In this document: piece after piece, positions 39,801-49,104 of the stretch | Position numbering within the stretch: the first letter of the stretch is position 1 | How the letters are laid out: each line of letters starts with the position of its first letter | Virus record (IMG/VR): IMGVR_UViG_3300025085_000018 | Location: 1-61,583 of that record | DNA length: 61,583 bases | Source of the DNA: a virus | Lineage: Duplodnaviria > Caudoviricetes | Strand: one strand, 5' to 3' | The notes under the pieces: generated by a model | The model's database searches: none | Told to the model about the DNA's origin: nothing | The model's input: only the letters and a program-made list of their open reading frames with translations | Position numbers and translations under genes: made by a program

Positions 39801-42800
39801 ATGTCAGATGTAGATAAAGCTGAAGTTATAAAGTCTTATAAAGAATCTTTAACAAAAGAACAAGCTAAAGTATTTGAAACTCAATTAAATGTTTTAGACA
39901 AACAAACTAATGTTATAAAAAACAAACCAACAAGCTTAACTAAAGCTAAAGAAAGCTTAGGTAGCATATGGACTACTAACGATTCTTACTTGAGTAAAAC
40001 AAACAAAGATGGTTATAATGAAAAATCTACAGAAGATAAGTTAGTAGCTGTTATAAACCAAGTAAGAGAGAGTGTAGGTAGGTCTAGTAAGAAAGCAGCA
40101 AAAGCAAATCCTGATATTGTTGCTATGGTTGAAAGCGAAACAATAAACGATAAACCTTTAAATAAAAAACAAAAGGAAATAAGATATCGTGAGCTTGGAG
40201 ATTTGATGGCTTTGAATCAATCAAGAGCTATATCTGTTGCAGAAGGTGTTAATGCTAAAGCCGCAGACATATTTGCAGACATAGATAATGTAAATATAGT
40301 AGAATACAAAACCGCAGAAGAACTAGAAACTGCTTTACTTGCTAATGGCGTAGAGGTTAATACTCCAGAGTATAACGAAGCTATTAAAAAGTTTAACAAT
40401 GGTCAAACATATGGAGCTGTTATGGGTAACACTATAATAACTCAAAATGCTGAGCAAGCTAAAAAAGATCTTGAAAATGGTGAAATAAGAGCTGGAACTG
40501 TTATAATACATGAATTTGCTCATATTGTAGATGATGCCCGTATAAAGCCAGAGAATAGAAAAATATATGCTGAAAATTTAGCTGCAGCAGCTGCTAACAC
40601 CGATAATCAAGCTATAAAAGCTGTGGATAGATCAGTTAGAAACATGCTTGATAATTTATACTCTAAAGACAATTTAACTTTTGAAAACAGTGATAAGTAT
40701 AGAGATGAGTATACTAAATACATGCAGGAAAGTTTATACGCTTTTGAAGATGAGGTTCAAATAGAAAAAGAAGATAGTTTTATAACTAGAGTATTTAATA
40801 GTACTGATCCTAACAAACTTAATACACCTGAAAAAGCTTTAGATTATTTAGCCGCAAACAACGCTGCGTTTAGATCTGGCAAGATAAGTAAGAAAACTAA
40901 AAAAGCTTTAAAAGATTTTAAAGGAAAAGAAACTAAGTTATCAGATAAATCTAGTGTTAATAAGTTAGCTATAGAATTTAAAAATAACCCTAAAGACTTT
41001 AAAGCTGACAAAGCTAAGTTTACTAATTTCTTTATACAAGCCCAGTCTGTAGCTATAGATGCTATGGGTTACAATGTAGCTAAGGGAGATATACTTGCAA
41101 GTGACGCAGCACAATTTGTTGCTACTGAAATTGAAAGCGTAATTAATACTTTTGATCCTAGTAAAGGAGCTTTTACAACACATGTTGTTAATAGTTTTAA
41201 AAACAGAAGAGCAAATAAGTTTTATAAACAAGAGTTTGCACCTAAAGATATAAAGAAAACTAGAATAGGTACCGGTTTTGACATAGTAGACCAAAGCTCT
41301 ACTGAAACTCTAAGCGAAAGACAAGCTAGAGAAGATAAAGAAACAACATCTAAAGTAGATCCTAGAAAATTTAAGATTGTTGCTTCTGATATAAAAAACA
41401 TGGAGAGTATGGTTGATGTTAAACCTAGCGATGTTGCTCCATTTAAATTAGACTTTAAAGAAATAAGTAGTAGATATGGTAGTAAACTAGCAGCTGCTAT
41501 GTACAATATATCTAATGATAAAATATCTAAAAACTCTAACTTAACTTATGCTAAGAAAATAGTAAATGGTATACCAGAAAATTCAGAAGCTGGTAGAATA
41601 CAAGATGACTTTAGAGATGCGCAAGAAGTTAAAAAGTTTTTAAAATCATTACCACCTACAAACGTTACATCTAAAGAGTCACAAGTTGGTCCACAGGGTG
41701 AAATGGTTCCGGTGTCAAAAGATACACAAGGTAGATCTATTGGTTTAAAAGGTAGAGTATTAGATTACTTTTATGCTGATAAAACAGGTGAAAGATCATC
41801 TGGTTTAACTAGCCAGCCATTTATAAGAAGATTAAAACCAGAATTTACAGGAGCTATATCTAGCGAAACTATAAAAAAGTTACAAGAAGACATGGGTATA
41901 ACGCCTATGGGTCAGCTCAATAACTACAATAGAAATATAGGTACTTTCTTAAATGGTATAGCTAAGTTAAAAGGTTCTATAATAGCTAACACAATAGCAA
42001 GAGATAAAGTTTCAAAGTTTACAGAAAGATCATCTAGGTCACCTAAACAGATACAAGCTGATATGGGCGCTGGTAGATCTGAAGTTCAGTTTAGTGAAAA
42101 AGTAAAAAGCATATTATCTAATCCAACTTTTAAACTAGAGACAAGAGGTATTGATGGTTTATTAAAAGCTTATAATATAGACGGTACTTTTAAATTTAAA
42201 ACTAGAGATGATGTAGATAAATACATTGCTGAAGTTAAAAAGAATTTACTACCTTTAATGCCAAAAGATTTTTGGTTTGGAAAACCTAATAAAAAAGGAA
42301 ACTATGGAACTGTATTTACACCAAGTTCTAAAGTTTTAGGAACCACAGATGTTAGTAAAGCTCTATATAAAGAATACTATGTAGATCAAATGAAAAAATT
42401 AGCTTTAGACACTAACCAAAAATACGGAGCGCCTATAAAAGGTGTTAGTGATTTTTCAGTTTCTGGATACGATACGTTGTTTAAAACTAAAGCTATAATA
42501 AAAGCTAAAATAAAGTCAGGTGATATAGATGCTTTTAATAAAAAAGTAAGTAAAATCCATCAAGCTATGTGGTATAGATTTAATGAAGCTATACGATCTA
42601 ATAAGGAAAACGCTAGAGTAATAGGTAATTATCTAAAAATAACTGGAAGCGACACTGGTCATTGGCATAAGCTAGGTGCTCAGTTCGTAGGTTACTCTAA
42701 TGAAATAACAGGCAGTAGATTTGAATACGAGCATGCTATGCCTGCTACGTCTGCTTACTTGTATTTGCTAGATGTAGCGTTGTCTAAAAGTGCATTTGAA

Positions 42801-45800
42801 AGCGCTTATGATTTTATTATAGACAACTACAAGCTTATATCCTTAGATAAAGCTATGGACAAAAAACTTATAGCTGTAGGTCTTCGTAGCGAAATGCCTG
42901 TTAATTGGAACTTATTAGAAAACAATTGGTATGATAGGTATTTTAGTAAACTAGTAGCAACGCAAGACGGTGGTATAGATCCAAGAGGATTAATAAGTAT
43001 TGACGGAACTAATTTCCAAGAAAAATATAATATAAATGCCGATGGTAGTTCTTATATAAGAGGAACTTTTAAGCCAGAGGCTAAATCACAAATTGAAAAA
43101 GATAACATAGCTGATAAAGCTATGAGAAATGCTAGAAGCCCTAAGTATTCTGAGAAAATTAAAAAAGCTAGAGTATTTGATTTTGACGATACATTAGCTA
43201 AATCTAATAGCAAAGTACTTGTTGAAACATTGGATGGTAATACATTTAAAATAAACGCAACAGAGTTTGCACGAAGAGCGGCAGAGCTAGAACAACAGGG
43301 TGCTAAATTTGATTTTACTGAATTTGAAAAAGTTATTGATGGTAAAAAAGGACCTTTGTTTGAAGTAGCTAAAAAAATACAAGATGCTAGAGGTTCAGAA
43401 GATATATTTGTTTTAACAGCTAGGCCTCAAAACGCAGATAAAGCTATAAAAAACTTTTTATCTAGTTTAGGTTTAAACATACCTTTATCTAATATAACTG
43501 GTTTATCAGACGGAAAACCTCAAGCAAAAGCAGACTGGATGCTTGGAAAATTTGCAGAAGGTTATAACGATTTTTACTTTACAGATGATGCAATGAAAAA
43601 TGTTAAAGCTGTTAAAGATGTTTTAAGCGTTCTTGATGTTAAATCTAAAGTACAGCAAGCTAGAATAAAGTTTAGCGAAAAACTTAGTGATGAGTTTAAC
43701 GCTATGATAGAAAGAAACAAAGGTGTTCCTGCTAAAGCTACTTTTTCAGACGCATTAGCTAGAAGAAGAGGCCAAAAACAAAAAAGATTTTCATTTTTTG
43801 TACCACCTTCAGCTGATGACTTTAGAGGTTTAACAATGTACACTTTTGCTGGTAAAGGCAAACAAGGTGAAATGGATCAAGAGTTCTTTGACAAAGCCTT
43901 AATAAAACCTTACATGAGAGGTATTGGTGCTGTAGAGCAAGCTAAACAAAGAATAACAAACGATTATAGAGCTTTAGTTAAGAAATATCCTAAAATAAAA
44001 AGAAAACTAAGAAAAAAGTTTGAAGAAACTAAATACACTACAGATGAAGCTATTAGAATATTTTTATGGGATAGAGCAGGTTTTGTTATACCAGGTTTAT
44101 CTAAGACTGATCAAGCTAAAGTAGTTAAATTAGTTTCTAATGATACAGATTTAGTTCAATTTGCAGATGGTGTTGAGTTAATAACTAGATTAGATAAATT
44201 TGTAGAACCTACAGATTTCTGGGATGCTAGCACAATAATAGGTGATTTAAGCAGAGTAGGTAGAGATATTAATAGAAAAGAATATTTAGCTGAGTTTATA
44301 GAAAACGTAGATATAATATTTTCACCTGAAAACTTAAATAAAGTACAAGCTTTATATGGGTTTAGAATAAGAGAATCGCTAGAGAACTCTATAAAAAGAA
44401 TGAAGAGTGGTAGTAATAAAGCTACAGGGGGTGGAAGATTAGTAGAATCTTGGAATAATTGGGTTAACAACTCTGTTGGTGCAATTATGTTCTTTAACAG
44501 AAGATCAGCACTATTACAGTTAATGTCTTCAGCTAACTTTATTAATTGGTCAGACAATAACCCAGCACAAGCAGCTTTAGCTTTAGCAAATCAACCTCAG
44601 TATTGGAAAGATGTTATAATGTTATTTAATTCACCTAAACTAAAACAAAGAAGATCTGGTTTAGAGGGTGATATACAAGAAGCTGAAATAGCACAAGCAT
44701 CTAGAAAAGGTGGTATGACAGGTGTTATATCTTACTTGTTAAAAATAGGTTTTACACCTACACAAATAGCAGATAGTATAGCTATATCAACAGGTGGTGC
44801 AACTTTTTATAGAAACAGAGTTAATACTTACAAGAAAGATGGCTTTGAAACAGCTGATGCAGAAGCTAAAGCTTTTGAGGATTTTAGTGCTATATCTGAT
44901 GAAACACAGCAATCAGCAGATCCAATGCTTATATCAGGCCAACAAGCTAGTGTATTAGGTAGATTAGTTTTAGCTTTCCAAAACACACCTATGCAATATA
45001 CTAGGTTAATTAAAAAAGCTGGTCAAGATCTTATAAACGGAAGAGGTAGTAAAAAGCAGAATATATCTAAAATACTATACTATGGAGCTATACAAAACTT
45101 TATATTCAACGCTTTACAAAACGCATTGTTTGCTTTAATACCAGGGTTTGATGACGAAGATGAAGATTTTGCAACAGATAAAGAAAAAGAAAAATACGAC
45201 GAAAAGAAAATTAGAGGTGAAGAAAATAAAATAGCTAGAATAGCTAATGGTATGGTTGATTCAATTGTTCGTGGTTCTGGTTTAGCAGGTGCGGTAGCTG
45301 TTACTGTTAAAAACACTATAAGAGAGTTTATAGAATACCAAGAAAAACCTGTGTTCTCTAGAGAAAAAGGAGATATCGTTTTAGCTGCACTTCAAATATC
45401 ACCGCCAATAGGTTCTAAAGCTAGAAAAATAAATGCTGCATTACAAACTTTACAATATGAAAAAGATGTAATTGATGAAAGAGGCTTTGATGTTACAATA
45501 GATGGTAAGTTTCAACTTAGTCCTACGTACAACATGATAGGTTCATTATCAGCTGCAACACTTAATTTACCTTTAGATAGAGCTGTAGATGAAGTTAATT
45601 CTATAACAGAAGCTTTAGATACTAGAAACACACAATGGCAAAGAATAGCTCTTGCTTTAGGTTGGAGATCATGGGATACAGGTGTTAAAATTGAAGAACA
45701 TGATTTAATAAAAACAAAAGCTAAAGAAGCTAGAAAAATAGCTGGTAAAGAAAAAGCTAAAGAAACTAGAAAAATAAACAAGCAAAAAACAAAAGAGTAT

Positions 45801-45941
45801 AAAGCTTACAGATTATTAGTTTTAGAATCGGTTCCAGATAATGTTCTTGAAATGATTTATTCAGAAGAAAGAAAAACAGGTAAACCATACCCTGCTTTTA
45901 AACTTCAAAAAATATATGATAAATATTCAGATTTAAAATAA
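36858..45941 (+). CDS. Giant (3027 aa) internal virion / polyvalent protein
   Basis: HEFAH zincin motif (~40509), sigma region-2-like FDPSKGAFTT (~41151), EHAMP (~42729), HAD motifs FDFDDT / LTAR / FTDD (~43176-43590) and hydrophobic Gly/Ala segments. Confidence 0.8.
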   Translation: MAIDPIYIHPLYGELSAEEINALAEENNMSLEDYLADQNVEFKESEPVGTGTVLRNEEVDLDSFYDPSKKVPVVAAEDAGVATEIDETSKLESQLEDILSEYKKVNNSFYGDTYNGSVAGKMLLDERYSNVRSKLKKAYQNSEMDINKPMSIIDKTEEEVQSFLMNEYPGVYIEQTGVRNALNITLPGENKSTELDLQPFTLDGRDEAVDILKKLDKAYKNQTDEELVINTVGQLADVLGETKDDRSINKALEGTGYSVSINAASGSFKDGTNQPYSYNVIKDGNVIKEKLDVSELRSFMTEDLGKEGYAAIMKNSYEATSNYLETKARDIKKEETVIKSDKSLDLKYFKNTFADDIIANINQVLPEDLSSEEQEQIKSYMENNAIGEMVYNAKLDKMVKAPSKIDDDVNKMKDLSGLPQAILDKIQQAGGVKFIQGMYKAGIENLKKEELLDRSRTIGEKIMANSGNQNLIRLGQGIAGIEKNKFDQRIKEQVKELPKIYEERFGEVLNTRAKEILENAPRDTKLSIDYTPSGDPIFSLTNDRNLSTEEGRLFKEAESQIFKLQNDFANLQLDYSATLSNMQQEVSEFYAANPVDADVFKDSMKEYGLGSLFAKDVNDAFAGILLAAPTLVNSDWALEAQKRLNAKNDYFETMGSYDDGDFGTFFFRTLGQQSGNITLAIATGGIGSAAGLSSAMTANAIGGLFGLSSGTQTYRDLKTQQQIVGTADKQAKIALDAYENGVIDLYTYTNTMRDINKTKAMSEISDDQIVSASLANGIIEGTVTRFLGTAPNTIKLLKDFKAPTSLTSVSKNLYANKYEKIADLIGKPLLMRGSGELAEEELIYGGQQFITEFGILDRELDLSAWDDTAMSTIITLGVSQSPGVAYSGMVNYNATKDFEKKINKLRVNNNELSTLIQDSKLDAKQKKLLLSDMAENLKEQGLEVDRLGVDILGRNSNDIKRLIGTELIKSQILAQAGVMPGMSDVDKAEVIKSYKESLTKEQAKVFETQLNVLDKQTNVIKNKPTSLTKAKESLGSIWTTNDSYLSKTNKDGYNEKSTEDKLVAVINQVRESVGRSSKKAAKANPDIVAMVESETINDKPLNKKQKEIRYRELGDLMALNQSRAISVAEGVNAKAADIFADIDNVNIVEYKTAEELETALLANGVEVNTPEYNEAIKKFNNGQTYGAVMGNTIITQNAEQAKKDLENGEIRAGTVIIHEFAHIVDDARIKPENRKIYAENLAAAAANTDNQAIKAVDRSVRNMLDNLYSKDNLTFENSDKYRDEYTKYMQESLYAFEDEVQIEKEDSFITRVFNSTDPNKLNTPEKALDYLAANNAAFRSGKISKKTKKALKDFKGKETKLSDKSSVNKLAIEFKNNPKDFKADKAKFTNFFIQAQSVAIDAMGYNVAKGDILASDAAQFVATEIESVINTFDPSKGAFTTHVVNSFKNRRANKFYKQEFAPKDIKKTRIGTGFDIVDQSSTETLSERQAREDKETTSKVDPRKFKIVASDIKNMESMVDVKPSDVAPFKLDFKEISSRYGSKLAAAMYNISNDKISKNSNLTYAKKIVNGIPENSEAGRIQDDFRDAQEVKKFLKSLPPTNVTSKESQVGPQGEMVPVSKDTQGRSIGLKGRVLDYFYADKTGERSSGLTSQPFIRRLKPEFTGAISSETIKKLQEDMGITPMGQLNNYNRNIGTFLNGIAKLKGSIIANTIARDKVSKFTERSSRSPKQIQADMGAGRSEVQFSEKVKSILSNPTFKLETRGIDGLLKAYNIDGTFKFKTRDDVDKYIAEVKKNLLPLMPKDFWFGKPNKKGNYGTVFTPSSKVLGTTDVSKALYKEYYVDQMKKLALDTNQKYGAPIKGVSDFSVSGYDTLFKTKAIIKAKIKSGDIDAFNKKVSKIHQAMWYRFNEAIRSNKENARVIGNYLKITGSDTGHWHKLGAQFVGYSNEITGSRFEYEHAMPATSAYLYLLDVALSKSAFESAYDFIIDNYKLISLDKAMDKKLIAVGLRSEMPVNWNLLENNWYDRYFSKLVATQDGGIDPRGLISIDGTNFQEKYNINADGSSYIRGTFKPEAKSQIEKDNIADKAMRNARSPKYSEKIKKARVFDFDDTLAKSNSKVLVETLDGNTFKINATEFARRAAELEQQGAKFDFTEFEKVIDGKKGPLFEVAKKIQDARGSEDIFVLTARPQNADKAIKNFLSSLGLNIPLSNITGLSDGKPQAKADWMLGKFAEGYNDFYFTDDAMKNVKAVKDVLSVLDVKSKVQQARIKFSEKLSDEFNAMIERNKGVPAKATFSDALARRRGQKQKRFSFFVPPSADDFRGLTMYTFAGKGKQGEMDQEFFDKALIKPYMRGIGAVEQAKQRITNDYRALVKKYPKIKRKLRKKFEETKYTTDEAIRIFLWDRAGFVIPGLSKTDQAKVVKLVSNDTDLVQFADGVELITRLDKFVEPTDFWDASTIIGDLSRVGRDINRKEYLAEFIENVDIIFSPENLNKVQALYGFRIRESLENSIKRMKSGSNKATGGGRLVESWNNWVNNSVGAIMFFNRRSALLQLMSSANFINWSDNNPAQAALALANQPQYWKDVIMLFNSPKLKQRRSGLEGDIQEAEIAQASRKGGMTGVISYLLKIGFTPTQIADSIAISTGGATFYRNRVNTYKKDGFETADAEAKAFEDFSAISDETQQSADPMLISGQQASVLGRLVLAFQNTPMQYTRLIKKAGQDLINGRGSKKQNISKILYYGAIQNFIFNALQNALFALIPGFDDEDEDFATDKEKEKYDEKKIRGEENKIARIANGMVDSIVRGSGLAGAVAVTVKNTIREFIEYQEKPVFSREKGDIVLAALQISPPIGSKARKINAALQTLQYEKDVIDERGFDVTIDGKFQLSPTYNMIGSLSAATLNLPLDRAVDEVNSITEALDTRNTQWQRIALALGWRSWDTGVKIEEHDLIKTKAKEARKIAGKEKAKETRKINKQKTKEYKAYRLLVLESVPDNVLEMIYSEERKTGKPYPAFKLQKIYDKYSDLK

Positions 45942-46204
45942 TGAAAAATTCAACTTACGAAAAACAAAACAGAGCAATGCGTTCAGAGTATAAGTCTGAA
46001 ACAGGCAAGACGTTAGGTAAAAGACTAACTAAAGGTAAAAACAAACGTAGAGTATCTTTCGCGTGTAGATTTGCAGGCATGGCTGGAGCTATGAAAGACG
46101 CTAAAGGTAAACCAACTAAAAAAGCAATAGCTTTAAAAAAATGGGGTTTTGGAAGTGTAGCTGCTGCTAAAAGTTTTTGCAACGCTAACAAAGAGAAGAA
46201 ATGA
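45941..46204 (+). CDS. Small basic protein
   Basis: Lys/Arg-rich, RRVSFACRF...ALKKWG. Confidence 0.7.
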   Translation: MKNSTYEKQNRAMRSEYKSETGKTLGKRLTKGKNKRRVSFACRFAGMAGAMKDAKGKPTKKAIALKKWGFGSVAAAKSFCNANKEKK

Positions 46205-46626
46205 GAGATATAAATAAAATTATTGTTCATTGCTCTGCAACGCAAGAAGGTAAAGAGATAGATGCTGCGGAAATAAATCTTTGGCATTTAAAAAGAGGTT
46301 GGAGCGGTATAGGTTATCACTACGTAGTATTATTAGATGGTACTATAGAGTATGGCCGTAGCATATACAAACAAGGCGCTCATGTTAAGGGTGAAAACAA
46401 AGGTTCTATAGGAATTTGTTATATTGGAGGCGTTGAATCAGAACGTGGTTCTAATGGCAAATGGATTGCTAAAGATACTAGAACACCAGAACAAAAAGAA
46501 AGCTTATTATTATTGCTTAAAACATTAAAAAAGATGCATAAAAATGCTACAATACATGGCCACAACGAGTTCGCGGCTAAGAGTTGTCCGTGCTTTGATG
46601 CTAACAAGGAATATTGTAACATATAA
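46201..46626 (+). CDS. N-acetylmuramoyl-L-alanine amidase (T7 lysozyme-like endolysin)
   Basis: IIVHCSAT, IGYHY, GAHVKG.N..SIGICYIGG, GHNE and KSCP zinc ligands. Confidence 0.95.
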   Translation: MRDINKIIVHCSATQEGKEIDAAEINLWHLKRGWSGIGYHYVVLLDGTIEYGRSIYKQGAHVKGENKGSIGICYIGGVESERGSNGKWIAKDTRTPEQKESLLLLLKTLKKMHKNATIHGHNEFAAKSCPCFDANKEYCNI

Positions 46627-46636
46627 AAAAAATAAA

Positions 46637-46798
46637 ATGGACTTTCAACAAATAAAACTTTACGTTATAAATGCTTCTACTTTAGGAGTAACTACTTTCA
46701 CTAACATCGAAATGGGTTTAAAATTAATATTATTACTAGTAACAATAGGATACACTATAGATAAATGGATAAAACTAAAAAAAGATAAGAAAAAATGA
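46637..46798 (+). CDS. Small membrane protein, possible holin
   Basis: 53 aa, hydrophobic LKLILLLVTIGYTI and basic C-terminus, right after the amidase; start moved to 46637. Confidence 0.55.
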   Translation: MDFQQIKLYVINASTLGVTTFTNIEMGLKLILLLVTIGYTIDKWIKLKKDKKK

Positions 46799-46941
46799 TA
46801 GAAAAACTAATTAAAGGAGCTGCTAAAAAGAAAACAAGTTGCTGGACAGGTTACAGTAATATTGTAAATGGAAAACCTACATATAAAAAGAAGGGCAAAA
46901 GAATGGTGCCTGATTGTAAACCAATTAAAAAGAAAAAATAA
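46795..46941 (+). CDS. Small basic CWxGY...VPxC protein (48 aa, not in ORF track)
   Basis: MIEKLIKGAAKKKTSCWTGYSNIVNGKPTYKKKGKRMVPDCKPIKKKK; ATGA overlap with the previous gene. Confidence 0.7.
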   Translation: MIEKLIKGAAKKKTSCWTGYSNIVNGKPTYKKKGKRMVPDCKPIKKKK

Positions 46942-47042
46942 TGGGAAAGTTAATTATTAAAATAGGTGAAAAAATAGTGTCTGTTGAAAATTTTTTAAAA
47001 AATAAATGGAACTTATTTATTAGTAATTTAATGTTTAAATAA
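46941..47042 (+). CDS. Small hypothetical protein (33 aa)
   Basis: TAATG coupling; last ORF of the + arm. Confidence 0.45.
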   Translation: MGKLIIKIGEKIVSVENFLKNKWNLFISNLMFK

Positions 47043-47090
47043 AAAGGAACAAGATAAAATAGGCGTACCATACCTAAAGTTCCTGTAACC

Positions 47091-47123
47091 AAGAAGGGCC
47101 CTCATTACGAGAGCCCTTTTTTG
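47091..47123. terminator. Bidirectional intrinsic terminator between the convergent arms
   Basis: AAGAAGGGCCCTC-ATTAC-GAGAGCCCTTTTTT. Confidence 0.8.
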
Positions 47124-47137
47124 ATTTAACTAACTAA

Positions 47138-48856
47138 CTAACCATCACAAGACAAACAATCTTCATTCATTGCTTGTTGTGCGATATCTCCACGTAAGAC
47201 AGATTCTGTCCTCGTATAATATAAGGTTTTAACACCTTTTTTCCACGCTTCAAAATGTACTTTATTAAGCCATTTAGGCGTTGCTTCACTAGGGAAAGCT
47301 AAGTTCAAACTTACCGACTGGTCAACGTACTCTTGTCTAAGTCCAGCTTGATTAACTAACTCTAGCTGATTTATTTCTTTAAAAGTTTTAAAAACTTCCT
47401 TAGCAGATATACCGTGTCCCACTTTAATATCTTCAAGCTCAGGTATGTCTTGAACAGAACCTCCATCAGCAAGAATTTTATCCCATATTTCATTTGTATT
47501 TATTTTATGTTTTCTTAATAATTTTAATAGCGTAGGGTTTTTACGTATAAAAGTACCTTTAGCAGACTGCTCTGTAAATACATTTGCGGCCCAAGGTTCT
47601 ATACCCGCTGAAACATTCCCACTAAGCTTACTGTTAGAAACAGTGGGAGCAACAGCACGTAAATGAGTATTACGCATGCCAGTTCCAACACACCATAAAG
47701 GTTCTCCGTAAGTCTCTGCAAGTGCCATACTAGCCCTTTCGCTTTCAATTTTAATTTGACTAAATACTTTCCTAGTTTCAAACTGAGATAGTAAACCTTC
47801 GAATGGTAGTCCTTTTTCTTGTAAGTATGTGTGCCAGCCCAAAACTCCCAAGCCAAGCGCTCTTCCTTTCGTAGCTGACCTAACCGCATTTTCAAAGCCT
47901 CGTAAGCCTTTAGCTCGTTGTATAAACTCTTCCATGACTCCATCAAGGAACCATATACTGTCATAAATAAGGTTAGTACCTTTCCATTCTTCATACTTTG
48001 CTAAATTTAATGATGATAAACAACAAACAAAACTATGATTCTCATCGGTATGTAGTGTTATTTCTGAACATATATTAGTCATATGCACTTTTAAGCCATT
48101 TTCTTTATAAGCTTTAGGGTTCTTCTTGTTAACATTCCCTTTAAACATAATGTACGGTTCTCCAGTTGCTTTTCGCTTTCTAAGAAGTTTACTCCATCTA
48201 GCTCTAGCAACCGTATCTCCTTGTTCAAGTTTACGCATAAACTTATCGCCAACAACTGCGCACTGATGTAAGTTAAGCGACTGTCTGTTAATGTCTCCTT
48301 TAGGTTCTCTAATTTCAAGCCACTCCTCAAAATCTCCGTGCTCAATGTTGATGTTAACTGATGCAGCTCCTCTTCTAACTGATCCTTGATTAGTGGCAAG
48401 TATTGTTGAATCGTATATTTTACAAAAAGGGACGACTCCGTCTGATGTTCCATTTCCTGTTATTCTAGCGCCGGCGGGTCTTATTTGATTAATTCCGACA
48501 CCAACTCCACCGCCGTGCTTAGCGAGTAGCATCATCTCTAAATTTTTACTTCCTATATCTTGTATACTATCAGCCACATCAATACCGAAACAGCTAATAG
48601 GCAAACCGCGATCAGTACCTGTATTAGATAGTACTGGGCTAGCGAGACAAAGCCAACCATTCCATATGTACTCGAAGAAAGTTTCTGCCATTTCTGGTTT
48701 ATATAATCTACGAGCAACCGTTTTAGCGACTCTTTTGTATGCTTCACGAGGCGTTTCTCCGTCAAATAGATATCCCCCGGATATAGTCTTCTTGTATACG
48801 TCTGTATTACCCCACGCAGGGTAATCTTCTCCTTTAATCCATTCATTATTCCACAT
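47138..48856 (-). CDS. nrdA: Class I ribonucleotide reductase alpha subunit (no ATP cone)
   Basis: PISCF, TNICSEI (thiyl Cys), VAPTVSNS, KTLYY, C-terminal CLSCDG; start moved to ATG 48856 (MWNNEW). Confidence 0.95.
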   Translation of the reverse strand: MWNNEWIKGEDYPAWGNTDVYKKTISGGYLFDGETPREAYKRVAKTVARRLYKPEMAETFFEYIWNGWLCLASPVLSNTGTDRGLPISCFGIDVADSIQDIGSKNLEMMLLAKHGGGVGVGINQIRPAGARITGNGTSDGVVPFCKIYDSTILATNQGSVRRGAASVNINIEHGDFEEWLEIREPKGDINRQSLNLHQCAVVGDKFMRKLEQGDTVARARWSKLLRKRKATGEPYIMFKGNVNKKNPKAYKENGLKVHMTNICSEITLHTDENHSFVCCLSSLNLAKYEEWKGTNLIYDSIWFLDGVMEEFIQRAKGLRGFENAVRSATKGRALGLGVLGWHTYLQEKGLPFEGLLSQFETRKVFSQIKIESERASMALAETYGEPLWCVGTGMRNTHLRAVAPTVSNSKLSGNVSAGIEPWAANVFTEQSAKGTFIRKNPTLLKLLRKHKINTNEIWDKILADGGSVQDIPELEDIKVGHGISAKEVFKTFKEINQLELVNQAGLRQEYVDQSVSLNLAFPSEATPKWLNKVHFEAWKKGVKTLYYTRTESVLRGDIAQQAMNEDCLSCDG

Positions 48857-48858
48857 AT

Positions 48859-49104
48859 TTATCCTATAAAGTGTTTTGTCCAAGCAACTAAACCGTTTAA
48901 GTTTAGTATAACTAAGTTCCATTGTTTTCTTGATGATGTCTGTATCATGACGCATATAAATCCTATTATAAATAATCTAGGATCTAACGTCCATTGTCCT
49001 GCTATCAAAAAAGCTGCGCCAAAGTATCCTATACGTGACGCAAACTTTTGATATGATGTAAGCTTATTTGTATAAGCTAATATCTTTAATAATTTTCTAT
49101 TCAT
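48859..49104 (-). CDS. Small multi-pass membrane protein between nrdB and nrdA
   Basis: Hydrophobic segments IGYFGAAFLIAG, LFIIGFICVMI and LVILNLNGLVAW; start coupled to the nrdB stop. Confidence 0.7.
   Translation of the reverse strand: MNRKLLKILAYTNKLTSYQKFASRIGYFGAAFLIAGQWTLDPRLFIIGFICVMIQTSSRKQWNLVILNLNGLVAWTKHFIG

Noticed and set aside
43170-43200. DFDD as the catalytic motif of a virion RNA polymerase
   Set aside because: Context is hhhDxDxT with later LTAR and DD motifs, i.e. HAD phosphatase, not DxDxD/DFDGD.
2839-46622. Numerous antisense or alternate-frame ORFs in the track (e.g. 10747-11232, 17236-17796, 34059-34529, 44156-44557)
   Set aside because: They overlap well-supported genes, show shadow-like composition and carry no recognisable motifs.
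48857-48955. N-terminal extension of NrdA given by the ORF track (similar extensions at 13504, 13875, 33496, 46544, 52580, 59761)
   Set aside because: They overlap upstream genes; downstream ATGs with A-rich leaders give better starts.
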